DNA of 16,170 nucleotides from an uncultured Candidatus Bathyarchaeia archaeon (GCA_964450845.1 CAYVGZ010000033.1:1-16170), one strand, 5' to 3'. Positions 6,677-16,168 are shown, counted from the first letter of the stretch. The notes: generated from the sequence alone by a model not told the origin. Made by a program: numbers and translations.

Positions 6677-7975
6677 TTGAGAATTGGCTTCTTTGTTTGG
6701 GAGTATCCGCCCGCTCTTGTTGGTGGCTTAGGCACTTATGCAGAGTATATCACTCGTGAATTCGTTTCCATGGGCAGTGACGTAACAGTTTTCACCCTTA
6801 ATCCTGGAAACCTGAAAACCAGAGAAATCATAAAAGGTGTAGAGGTTCATAGACCTCTGATTGCAGATGCTAGCAATATTTTTCCAATGTTCGTCATCGA
6901 TGACTTGAAAAAATGGGGAACAAACATCCGTTTGTTCAACGACATATTCATCTACAACGTATTGAGTGCAACGAAGTTCATAAACAGCACATTGAAAAAG
7001 GAAGGATGTCACTACGACGTTGTCTGCGTGCATGACTGGCTGAGCAGCATAGCAGGGATTATAGTGAAAAACGAGACCAAAGTTCCAGTAGCGTTTCATG
7101 TTCACAGCACTGAATGGGGTAGAAGTGGAGGGCAAGGCTCCGAAGTTGTTTCGTATCTTGAATGGGAAACAGCTCAAAGAGCGGACAAAATAGTAACTGT
7201 AAGCCACGCAATGCAAGAAGACTTGACAAGGCATGGGTGGCTAAAACCAAAAATAAGTGTGGTCTGGAATGGAGTAGACCCTAAACGCTATAATCCGGAG
7301 AACTGTAAGCCTGAAGAAGTTGAAACGATTCGCAACAAGTACGGCGTAAAACCTGACGAAAAAATGCTTCTTTTCCTTGGAAGACTCGCATGGGTAAAAG
7401 GAGTTGGAAACCTAGTTCAAGCAATGCCTATGGTTTTAAAGGAATACCCAAACATTAAACTCGTGATTTTGGGCAAGGGAGAACAACAAAACGACATACT
7501 TGAAACTGCAAGCAGACTTGGAATAAGTGATAAAGTTGCTTGCAAGTTCGAGTTTGTGCCTGAAAAGGAGCGCATTCTGCATTATGCAGCAGCAGATGCT
7601 TGTATTTTCCCATCCACATACGAGCCTTTTGGAATAGTAAGCCTAGAAGCAATGTCAATGGCTAAACCATTAATTGTAGGAGCACAAGGAGTGGTTGGTT
7701 TCAGAGAACAAGTAATCTCATCTGGACCAGACCAAAATGGCGTGCATGTAAATGGCGGAAATTCAGCTGACATTGCTTGGGGCATAAAAGAAGTTTTATG
7801 TGATTCTGAGAGAGCCAAAAAATGGGGAGAAAACGGTAGAAAACGAGTGCTACAATACTTTACGTGGAGGATGGTTGCGGAACAAACTCTGCAAATATAC
7901 GAGATGCTTCAACATCCGCAAGAGCAAGGAGAATATAAAGTAGCAGATTTAATGGAAAAATTGACAAGAACATAA
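6677..7975 (+). CDS. GT4 glycosyltransferase, complete second paralogue; probably glycogen/alpha-glucan-synthase-like
   Basis: WEYPPALVGGLG, VHDW, HVHSTEWGRS, WNGVD, LGRLAWVKG, EPFGIVSLE, FTWRMVAEQTLQIY, plus a ~20 aa C-terminal extension. Confidence 0.85.
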   Translation: MRIGFFVWEYPPALVGGLGTYAEYITREFVSMGSDVTVFTLNPGNLKTREIIKGVEVHRPLIADASNIFPMFVIDDLKKWGTNIRLFNDIFIYNVLSATKFINSTLKKEGCHYDVVCVHDWLSSIAGIIVKNETKVPVAFHVHSTEWGRSGGQGSEVVSYLEWETAQRADKIVTVSHAMQEDLTRHGWLKPKISVVWNGVDPKRYNPENCKPEEVETIRNKYGVKPDEKMLLFLGRLAWVKGVGNLVQAMPMVLKEYPNIKLVILGKGEQQNDILETASRLGISDKVACKFEFVPEKERILHYAAADACIFPSTYEPFGIVSLEAMSMAKPLIVGAQGVVGFREQVISSGPDQNGVHVNGGNSADIAWGIKEVLCDSERAKKWGENGRKRVLQYFTWRMVAEQTLQIYEMLQHPQEQGEYKVADLMEKLTRT

Positions 7976-7987
7976 AAAGTGAAATAG

Positions 7988-9217
7988 TCAAGTTTTTCTA
8001 GCAGATGCCGTCTCCAATGCTACGACACCTGGCAACTTTTTACCCATGAGAAACTCTATTAATGCTCCTCCTGCAGTGCTGACATAAGAAATCTTGTTGG
8101 ATAGCCCAAACTCTTGTAAGGCTGCTATAGTGTGTCCTCCTCCAGCAAGGGAAAATGCTTTAGAATTCGCAATTGCCTCAAAAATGCTCTTTGTTCCAAA
8201 GATGAATTCGCTGTTTTCGAAGACTCCCATGGGTCCGCTAACAACAATTGACTTCGCATCTCTTATTACCTTGACATAGTCCTCAACCGTTTTTGCTCCA
8301 ACGTCAAAAGTTGGATGATTTGCTGGCAGTTCTCCAACAGAAATCTCTTCTCTTTTGCCATTTACGTCTAATGCCAAATCCTTTGGAGTTTTAATTTCGT
8401 CTGGAAACTTTTGAACAAGTTCGTTTATGCCCGGAACTAAACTCGTAAGTTCTTTTTTCTCCAAAAAATCCACGTTTGGTTTTCCAATGTCGAAGCCCCT
8501 TGCTACTAAGAAAACTTGTCCAACAACTCCTCCTGTAAGTATGTAATCGGCTATTCTGTTGTTCAACACGTATCTCGAGATTTCAAGAGAATCGTCTGCC
8601 TTGGCGCCTCCAAGGATAAATACGCATGGTTTTTCTGGATTCTCCAAGATTCTGCTTAGGGACTTCAGCTCTCTTTCCATTATACGCCCTGCAGCGCTTT
8701 GCAATACGGCTGTGAAGCCTACCATTGAAACGTGTGCTCTGTGGGCTGCGGCAAAAGCGTCGTTTACGAACAGGTTTGCTAGAGGAGCAAGGTTTTTTAC
8801 GAGTTCTGTTTTTGCATGTTCTTCAGGTGTTCCCTCTTTAGTTTCAGCGGCAAACGTCCTAACATTTTCTAAGACGAGAATTTCTCCGCTCTTCAAATTT
8901 TTGATTGCATCTTTGGCTTTTTCGCCGAAAACATCATCTACATACTTGACTGGCTTACCTAGAATTTTGCTGAGGATTTCAGCATGCTGCTTTAGAGGTA
9001 TAAAATCTGAGTCACCTTTCCGTCCTTGATGCGCCAAAATTACAACTTTTGCACCTTTTTCTACAAGCTCTTTTATTGTTGTTTCACCGTGAGCCCGAAT
9101 CCTCGCGTCATCTAATACTTTTTTGCTTTCAGGGTCCACTGGTGAGTTAAAGTCAACTCTAACAAGCACCACTTTATCTTTGACTTTTACATCATCTAGA
9201 GTTAAATACTTCGCCAT
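7988..9217 (-). CDS. pgk: Phosphoglycerate kinase (archaeal type)
   Basis: VRVDFNSP, AHQGR, LENVRTF, FVNDAFAAAHR, ILGGAKADD, SGPMGVFE, AGGGHT, YVSTAGGALIEFL. SD GAGGTGG at 9228-9222. Confidence 0.97.
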   Translation of the reverse strand: MAKYLTLDDVKVKDKVVLVRVDFNSPVDPESKKVLDDARIRAHGETTIKELVEKGAKVVILAHQGRKGDSDFIPLKQHAEILSKILGKPVKYVDDVFGEKAKDAIKNLKSGEILVLENVRTFAAETKEGTPEEHAKTELVKNLAPLANLFVNDAFAAAHRAHVSMVGFTAVLQSAAGRIMERELKSLSRILENPEKPCVFILGGAKADDSLEISRYVLNNRIADYILTGGVVGQVFLVARGFDIGKPNVDFLEKKELTSLVPGINELVQKFPDEIKTPKDLALDVNGKREEISVGELPANHPTFDVGAKTVEDYVKVIRDAKSIVVSGPMGVFENSEFIFGTKSIFEAIANSKAFSLAGGGHTIAALQEFGLSNKISYVSTAGGALIEFLMGKKLPGVVALETASARKT

Positions 9218-9285
9218 TTTTCCACCTCTTTTAGAAACAAAAATAAAGGGAAGGTTTGTTTTAAATTCAAACGTTTAAAGATGCA

Positions 9286-10299
<1,014 letters not shown>

Positions 10300-10346
10300 T
10301 TAAATCACCTTTTGTGTTAGGAGTGCTTTAACTATCATTTACTTAA

Positions 10347-11705
10347 TTAATTTTTTTGTGGTTGTCTCAACTTCATCAGTGTAATTTCTGCGGCAAGAAC
10401 CATGGGTTCCCATGTTTCGTTTAAGGGTGGCGCATAAGCAGTATCTGCTTTAGCTAATTCTCGTACAGTCATATGCTTCTGTATCGCAAATGATAAAGCA
10501 TTTATACGTTGAGTTACTTGCTCGCCCCCGACTATTTGGGCTCCAACTATTTTTTGGCTTTCTTTTTCTACGATGATTTTGATTTTGATTGACAAACCAC
10601 TTGGGTAATATTCGGGTCTAGTTTTTGAGGTAATTGTTCCTGTGACAGTTTCAAGTCCAGCTTTTTTTGCAAAGAATTCCGTTAATCCAGTTACACCTAT
10701 TTCGGTGTCGAAAAACTTTGTTACTGCCGAGCCTAAAACTCCGTGGAAAATCGCGTATCCGCCAGCTGCGTTAGTTCCAGCTACTTTTGCCTGTTTAACC
10801 GCTGTAGTTCCAAGTTGACATAGCGCAGGTCTCTGAGTGATCATGTTAATGGATTCTGCGCAGTCTCCAACAGCATAAACGTCTTTAATGCTGGTTTCCA
10901 TACACATGTTCGTTTTTATACCTCTGGTTTCACCTATTGCAACTCCTGCCTTCTGAGCCAGCTCAGTGTCTGCTTTCACACCAGTAGCTACTACAACGAT
11001 CTCAGTCGGGATCTGCTCACCTGCAACAGAGACACCGCTTACTCTATCTGTTCCGAGAATTTCGTCAACAGCCTTTCCTGTTATGATGCGCATACCTTTC
11101 TCTTCGAGCATGTTTTGAACCATTTTTGCCATGTCTTCATCAATCATTGCTGGAAGAACTTGCGGCAGAAGCTCCACAACCGTTGTTTTTAAGCCTCGCT
11201 CGATAAAGGCAACCGCAGCTTCCAAGCCTATTAATCCAGCTCCAATGACGACTGCTGATTTTGAATTTTCTATGGCTTGATCTATTTTCTTTCCGTCTTC
11301 TATCGTTCGTAAAACATATACTCCCTGTTTTTCTCTACCCTTAATTGGAGGTACAAAGGGGTATGCGCCTGTAGCGATTATTAGGCTGTCGTATTGGAGA
11401 GTTTCCTGCTTTTCTGTTTTGTCTTGTATTTTGACTGTTTTGTTTTTTGTGTCTATATCGGTTGCTGTTGTTTCTAGCATGAGGTTGAGTTTCATCATGT
11501 GGAAATAAGATTGTGGAAAAACTACGAGTTTGTCAAAGTCTGATATGTGTCTGCCTAGAACGAATGGAATTCCGCATGGTGAATAGCCAGCTTGTTTTTG
11601 CTTGGTTATTAGGGTTATCTCTGCTGTGCGGTCTGTTTTTCTAGCTGCTGATGCTGCGTCTACGCCTGCGGCGTGTGCGCCTATAATTACTATTCTTCTG
11701 GGCAT
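10347..11705 (-). CDS. FAD-dependent pyridine nucleotide-disulfide oxidoreductase, single-Cys CoA-disulfide reductase / NADH oxidase family
   Basis: N-terminal FAD fold (IVIIGAHAAG), YSPCGIP with a single redox Cys44, ATGA, NAD(P)H site VIGAGLIGLE...VVE, YAVGDC and C-terminal AYAPP dimerisation motif. Confidence 0.88.
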   Translation of the reverse strand: MPRRIVIIGAHAAGVDAASAARKTDRTAEITLITKQKQAGYSPCGIPFVLGRHISDFDKLVVFPQSYFHMMKLNLMLETTATDIDTKNKTVKIQDKTEKQETLQYDSLIIATGAYPFVPPIKGREKQGVYVLRTIEDGKKIDQAIENSKSAVVIGAGLIGLEAAVAFIERGLKTTVVELLPQVLPAMIDEDMAKMVQNMLEEKGMRIITGKAVDEILGTDRVSGVSVAGEQIPTEIVVVATGVKADTELAQKAGVAIGETRGIKTNMCMETSIKDVYAVGDCAESINMITQRPALCQLGTTAVKQAKVAGTNAAGGYAIFHGVLGSAVTKFFDTEIGVTGLTEFFAKKAGLETVTGTITSKTRPEYYPSGLSIKIKIIVEKESQKIVGAQIVGGEQVTQRINALSFAIQKHMTVRELAKADTAYAPPLNETWEPMVLAAEITLMKLRQPQKN

Positions 11706-11715
11706 TTGTTCGCCT

Positions 11716-12126
11716 TCATTTTGCTAGGCTTTTGTGCCATTCAACTGCTTGGTTGAAGTTCATTATATTAGCCAGTTCTGCTTGCAGGTTTGATGGTTTT
11801 ATTATTAGTAGCCAGCCTTTTCCATATGGGTCTTCGTTCAAAAGTTCGGGTTTCGACTGGACCTCTGCATTTACTTCTTCTATTGTTCCACTTACTGGTG
11901 CCACTAAGTCTGAAACGGCTTTTACAGATTCCACTGTGCCGTATGGTTCATTCTGTTTCGTTGTTGTTCCAGAGCTTGGCAATTCAGCATAGACAATTTC
12001 TCGGAGTTGTTTTTGAGCGTAGTCTGTTATGCCTACGCGAACCTTGTCGCCTTCAACTTTCACCCATTCAAAATCCTTTGTGTAGTATAGTCCTTCGGGC
12101 ACTTCGTTTCCGTCTGCTTTTACCAT
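11716..12126 (-). CDS. gcvH: Glycine cleavage system H protein / lipoyl-carrier protein
   Basis: VGITDYAQ, GTVESVKAVSDL (lipoyl Lys69), APVSG, VN...PELLNEDPYGKGWL. SD GAGGTGA at 12140-12134. Confidence 0.92.
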   Translation of the reverse strand: MVKADGNEVPEGLYYTKDFEWVKVEGDKVRVGITDYAQKQLREIVYAELPSSGTTTKQNEPYGTVESVKAVSDLVAPVSGTIEEVNAEVQSKPELLNEDPYGKGWLLIIKPSNLQAELANIMNFNQAVEWHKSLAK

Positions 12127-12290
12127 GTTTTATTCACCTCTTAAGTAGTTGTTACTCTTTCCTATTTTAGCCTTTAAAAATTAACGGTTCGCAAAAGCTG
12201 GATCACAAGGGAGAAAAGTCAATAAATGTGTGCTAGGTTTGAATTAAGTTTTAGTGAGGAAAAAGCACGAATCTTGGTTAAAAAGGCTTT

Positions 12291-12389
12291 TTGAAAGCTG
12301 TTCGATTTTGGCGAGAACTAGATGAGGAATTGAAAGAAGAGAAACAAAGCATCAAGAACATTATTCTTCAACACGAAGGGGATTAATAA
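12291..12389 (+). CDS. Candidate small protein (31 aa), below the ORF-track cutoff; may extend to a GTG at 12254 via a frameshift
   Basis: TTG-AAA-GCT... encodes MKAVRFWRELDEELKEEKQSIKNIILQHEGD and ends in tandem stops TAATAA (12384-12389) within the largest intergenic gap of the window. Confidence 0.3.
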
Positions 12390-12400
12390 GAAAGGCTCTC

Positions 12401-13480
12401 TCAGCGTTCACGTTTTCCTTTTATGTATTCTTCTACCCACTCTTTAGCCACTGGGTCTGACACTTGAATTGGCGGATGTTTAAACGCGTATGAAGATATG
12501 CTTATAAGTTGACCTGCTATTTTTCGGTCCAACGCCAGCTTTACAGCTCTTATAACGTCAATTACTACTCCTGCACTGTTCGGTGAATCTTCGACTTCAA
12601 GTTTAACAGTTATTGTTAATGGTCTGTCGCCGAATTTTCTGCCTTTAAGCCACAAATAACAAATTTTCTTATTTCCCAAAAATGGCACATAATCCGAGGG
12701 ACCAATTCGAGTGGGCAAATCATACGGAACCAAACTCGTAACAGCCTCCGTCTTACTGATCCGCTTAGTTTTCAATCGTTCCTCAACCGTCATGTTCTGA
12801 AAATCCGTATCTCCACCAAGATTAAGTTGATACGTCTCATCAATGATTACTCCCCTGTCCACACAGAGCCTAGCCAAGTTCCGATGCAAAATGGTCGCGC
12901 CAACCTGACTTTTAATGTCATCGCCAGCCACAGGCAACCCCGTCTCTTCAAACTTCTTAGCCCACGCAGAATCCGAAACAATGAACTCGGGCATGCAATT
13001 AATGAAAGCGCAACCCGCATCTAAAGAAGCTTGAGCATAAAACCGAGTGGCATCTCTGCTGCCAACAGGTAAATAGTTAACGAGAATTTCTGCCCTAGAT
13101 TTCTTTAGAATCTCGACAACATCCAATGGTTTACCCTCACCACTACCGTCGATGTTAAAGGTTTTTTTCATGTGTTCTGCTACACCATCAAGGATTGGAG
13201 CAGGCGAAACCTTAACGCCTAAACTGGGCACATCTGCAAATTTGGCACAGCAATTTGGCTCGGTGAAAATGGCTTCAGCCAAATCTTTTCCAATTTTCTT
13301 TTTATTAACTTCAAAAGCAGCCACAAATTTTACGTCTTTTATGTGGTATCCGCCAAAATTAACATGCATAAGCCCGGGTACAGTGGTATCTTCTCTTGCG
13401 TTTTTATAGTATTCTGTTCCTTGTACAAGGGCGGATGCACTGTTGCCTACGCCTACTATTGCTACACGAATTTCCGTCAA
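12401..13480 (-). CDS. ino1: myo-inositol-1(3)-phosphate synthase
   Basis: VAIVGVGNSASALVQG, LVNYLPVGS, FINCMP, GDDIKSQVGAT, QLNLGGDTDFQNM, SKTEAV, IGPSDYV, EDSPNSAGVVID, YAFKHPP. Confidence 0.96.
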   Translation of the reverse strand: MTEIRVAIVGVGNSASALVQGTEYYKNAREDTTVPGLMHVNFGGYHIKDVKFVAAFEVNKKKIGKDLAEAIFTEPNCCAKFADVPSLGVKVSPAPILDGVAEHMKKTFNIDGSGEGKPLDVVEILKKSRAEILVNYLPVGSRDATRFYAQASLDAGCAFINCMPEFIVSDSAWAKKFEETGLPVAGDDIKSQVGATILHRNLARLCVDRGVIIDETYQLNLGGDTDFQNMTVEERLKTKRISKTEAVTSLVPYDLPTRIGPSDYVPFLGNKKICYLWLKGRKFGDRPLTITVKLEVEDSPNSAGVVIDVIRAVKLALDRKIAGQLISISSYAFKHPPIQVSDPVAKEWVEEYIKGKRER

Positions 13481-13535
13481 GACTTTTCTCCTCTTTTATT
13501 GTTGTCAAAGTTTTAGCAATTGTCTACTCTATAAC

Positions 13536-13549
13536 TGTTTCTAGAAACA
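13536..13549. promoter_or_regulatory. Perfect 14-bp palindrome in the divergent ino1 / hypothetical-gene promoter region
   Basis: TGTTTCTAGAAACA is its own reverse complement. On the minus strand it runs directly into a TATA-like GTTATAG upstream of ino1. Confidence 0.5.
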
Positions 13550-13607
13550 TGGTAAAGCTAAAAGGGAACTTCAGCAGAGAGAAAAGCAAAGAACTTGGTG
13601 AACATTC

Positions 13608-13976
13608 ATGCGTGAAGACGAAGTAGACGTAAAATATGAACCCTTTAAAGAAATCGTGGTCATGGAACGCAACTTCTTTTTGACCCCTGATGACATAGCT
13701 AGATTTACATCAGTCATCGCCGGAGGCAAACTTGCAGGGCTATACTGGGCTGAAGGCGTTGTATTTCTCTATTTTCCTCTTCCAGCTTCAACAGAAACCG
13801 CTGCCAAAGCATTAATTGAAGACAAGCGGGTTTACTGGACTTTTGTTGGCTACTCGCTTATGCCAAAATATCAACCAACAATTGAAACTAAAGAGAAAAT
13901 AATTGTTCCAGTAATTGACATGTCTTCCAATCCAATGTTTAAAAAAGTAGCAAATTGGCTGAAAGAACAAAAATAA
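13608..13976 (+). CDS. Hypothetical protein (122 aa), function unknown
   Basis: ATG with GGTGA at 13597-13601; globular-looking composition with aromatic-rich motifs (LYWAEGVVF, VYWTFVGY, PVIDMS). No catalytic motif recognised. Confidence 0.75.
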   Translation: MREDEVDVKYEPFKEIVVMERNFFLTPDDIARFTSVIAGGKLAGLYWAEGVVFLYFPLPASTETAAKALIEDKRVYWTFVGYSLMPKYQPTIETKEKIIVPVIDMSSNPMFKKVANWLKEQK

Positions 13977-14020
13977 ACCTGTACAAATGACAACGCACCA
14001 TCTTATTAGGCAGGTTTAAA

Positions 14021-14404
14021 GTGTTGCGAGTCAAAGGAAAAGTCTTCTCCGGAAGTGGGGAAGGAGCAAAGTTTATCCAACTTCCATGGGCAAAAAAGCA
14101 AATAGCCGAAAAACTAGGATTCTTTCCGTATCCCGGAACATTAAACATAAAAACAACTGAAGACATCCATGAACTTGAAAAACTGTTAAAGAAGGAAAAA
14201 ACGATAGAAATTCTGCCAGCCAAGGGTTTTTGTCGCGGAAGATGTTTCAATGCTTGTTTTATGGATACTCTGAAATGTGCAATTGTCATTCCAGAAGTTG
14301 AGAATTATCCAGAAGATGTTCTAGAAGTTATAGCGCCAATAAATTTAAGAGAAAAATTTAAACTAAAAGATGGCGACATAGTCGATGTCCAAATTACGCC
14401 TTAA
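14021..14404 (+). CDS. ribK: CTP-dependent riboflavin kinase (archaeal), stand-alone without N-terminal HTH
   Basis: GKVFSGSGEGAKF, YPGTLN and LEVIAPINLREKFKLKDGD motifs. Start is GTG 14021 or TTG 14024. Confidence 0.92.
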   Translation: MLRVKGKVFSGSGEGAKFIQLPWAKKQIAEKLGFFPYPGTLNIKTTEDIHELEKLLKKEKTIEILPAKGFCRGRCFNACFMDTLKCAIVIPEVENYPEDVLEVIAPINLREKFKLKDGDIVDVQITP

Positions 14405-14409
14405 TAGTT

Positions 14410-15906
14410 CTACCTTTTTCCCTTACTTTGTAGAAAACGTTGCATATAATCTTCTAAGCATTTGTTTTTCTTCAGATAGAGTCCATATCTCACAAGTGCA
14501 TTCATGGCTCTTGCAGCATCTTCAGGCGAAGAATAAGCCGGAATGCCTAACTTGTCAAATCTTAGACGCGTTTGCAAAGCCATTTCTGTTTCTCCGATGT
14601 CGCATGCAACAATAGGTTTGTCATATTTGTTGGCGACTTCTGCCACTTTGTCGACGTAGTCTTCTTGCAACTCTGGTAGGTGGTGTAAACCAAGCAGTAT
14701 TATGCCGTAAATTTCTGAGTCTTGGAAAAGTGTTTCTGCTGCGAGTACGAACATTTCCGAGGTTCCCGAACCAGTTATGTCAACGGGGTTTAGGTTTGTT
14801 GCAAACTTTGGAAGTTTTCCCTCAATTTTCAGCCTTTCAAATTTTGCCATAGTTTTTTTGGAAAAACGATTAACGGTTAACCCTTTAAGTTCACATTCAT
14901 CAACAGCCATAATGCCTGGACCACCAGCATCCGTAATTACTCCCACGTTTTTCCCTACGGCAGGCAACTGCGTAGCCAACGCTTTTCCTGCGTGGAAGAA
15001 TTCGTCCATATCTGCTGCTCTGAAAATTCCAGTTTGCAAGAAAACAGCATCATATATCCTGTCTGAACCAGCCATGGCGCCAGTGTGCGAAGCCGCGGCT
15101 CTCGCTCCAGCTTCTCTTCTTCCTGTTTTAAGCGCTACAATGGGTTTTTTGTTTGCTACTTCTTTGGCTACTTCGAGAAATTCTCTTCCAGATTTTATGT
15201 CTTCAACATACAGCAATATTGATTTGGTTTCCTTGTCATACAGCAGATAATGCAGCATTTCCGCCTCATCTACATCGCATTTGTTGCCAAAACTCACGAA
15301 TTTGCTAACTCCAGTTTGCAGTCCAGCCAAATAATCAAGCGCTGAAACGCCGAATGCTCCACTTTGAGTAACTATAGCTATGTTTCCAGGCATTGGGCGT
15401 GGAGTTGCAATGACTTCGTCTCCTGTTGTTAGAATTTTTGTCTCTGGTAAAAACAGCATGTCCACGCCTGTTCTCGAGTCATAAACCCCTAGACAATTAG
15501 GTCCCAAAACTCGTATTCCAGCTTTTTTGGCTACATTCACAATTTTGTTTTCAGCTTCAAAGTTTCCAACTTCACTAAAACCTGAAGTGATTATGGCAAC
15601 AGCTTTCACTTTTTTAGACGCTGCATCCTCTATTATATCTGGAACAATGTTTGCTGGCACAACCACTACGACTAGGTCTAATTCTCCGGGAATTTTCGTT
15701 ACTGACGAGTAACATTGGAATCCGAGAATAGAATCTTCATGTGGGTTGACTGGGAAAACTTCTCCTTTAAAAAATCCTCTTCTCTTGTTCTCTACAAAGT
15801 TTTTGAAAATCACGTGACCTGCCTTGTTTATCTTTTTTGTTGCTCCGACAATGGCGACTGAACGAGGGTTGAAAAAGGCGTCTAGTTGCTTAAGGGAGGG
15901 TTCCAT
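14410..15906 (-). CDS. acdA: Acetate--CoA ligase (ADP-forming), alpha subunit
   Basis: PRSVAIVGAT, IITSGFSE, GPNCLG, TQSGAFG, VSFGNKCD, AAASHTGAMAG (phospho-His), ITDAGGPGIMAVD, NPVDITG. Start reassigned to ATG 15906 because AAGGTGA (15920-15914) lies 7 nt upstream. No ATP-grasp beta domain, and exact acyl-CoA specificity cannot be read from motifs. Confidence 0.9.
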   Translation of the reverse strand: MEPSLKQLDAFFNPRSVAIVGATKKINKAGHVIFKNFVENKRRGFFKGEVFPVNPHEDSILGFQCYSSVTKIPGELDLVVVVVPANIVPDIIEDAASKKVKAVAIITSGFSEVGNFEAENKIVNVAKKAGIRVLGPNCLGVYDSRTGVDMLFLPETKILTTGDEVIATPRPMPGNIAIVTQSGAFGVSALDYLAGLQTGVSKFVSFGNKCDVDEAEMLHYLLYDKETKSILLYVEDIKSGREFLEVAKEVANKKPIVALKTGRREAGARAAASHTGAMAGSDRIYDAVFLQTGIFRAADMDEFFHAGKALATQLPAVGKNVGVITDAGGPGIMAVDECELKGLTVNRFSKKTMAKFERLKIEGKLPKFATNLNPVDITGSGTSEMFVLAAETLFQDSEIYGIILLGLHHLPELQEDYVDKVAEVANKYDKPIVACDIGETEMALQTRLRFDKLGIPAYSSPEDAARAMNALVRYGLYLKKNKCLEDYMQRFLQSKGKR

Positions 15907-15913
15907 GCGTTTT

Positions 15914-16168
15914 TCACCTTTTGCTTCTAACAATTACTATAGGTTTATGTTTTACTGTCTCAAGCATCTCCCAACTCACTTCAGTTAATCCCACTTTGAA
16001 TTTTTCAGCCATATCCCACACGGTTCTTCCGGCACCAAAACCTCTTGCACGATTTGCAACCTCAGCGACTTCTAAAGCTTTTTCAGTTGATATTTGACAT
16101 CCAGCCACTGCTATTGGTGTCGCGTTCCGTTTAAGCTTAAACATTCGTCCAACAACATAAGAAATAAA
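15914..16168 (-). CDS. C-terminal fragment of an uncharacterised protein, possibly CofE/F420-glutamate-ligase-like
   Basis: The frame stays open to the window edge (FISYVVGRMFKLKRNATPIAVAG...GFGAGRTVWDMAEKF...HKPIVIVRSKR). The terminal PIVIVR recalls the end of the CofE-like fold; that family call is tentative. The TGA stop is embedded in the acdA SD. Confidence 0.6.
   Translation of the reverse strand, partial: FISYVVGRMFKLKRNATPIAVAGCQISTEKALEVAEVANRARGFGAGRTVWDMAEKFKVGLTEVSWEMLETVKHKPIVIVRSKR

Noticed and set aside
9235-9261. AAACAAA...TTTGTTT inverted repeat between gap and pgk
   Set aside because: A weak 7-bp A/T-rich stem with a 13-nt loop, indistinguishable from chance.
14777-15250. 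157-aa plus-strand ORF, and other short ORF-track entries overlapping real genes (e.g. 8559-9029, 6728-7234, 4571-4945, 13939-14289)
   Set aside because: Antisense or alternate-frame shadows of acdA, pgk, GT4, GH57 and ribK, with no recognisable motifs or SD support.
15907-15933. ORF-track start of acdA at 15933
   Set aside because: It overlaps the upstream gene; the SD-supported ATG is at 15906.
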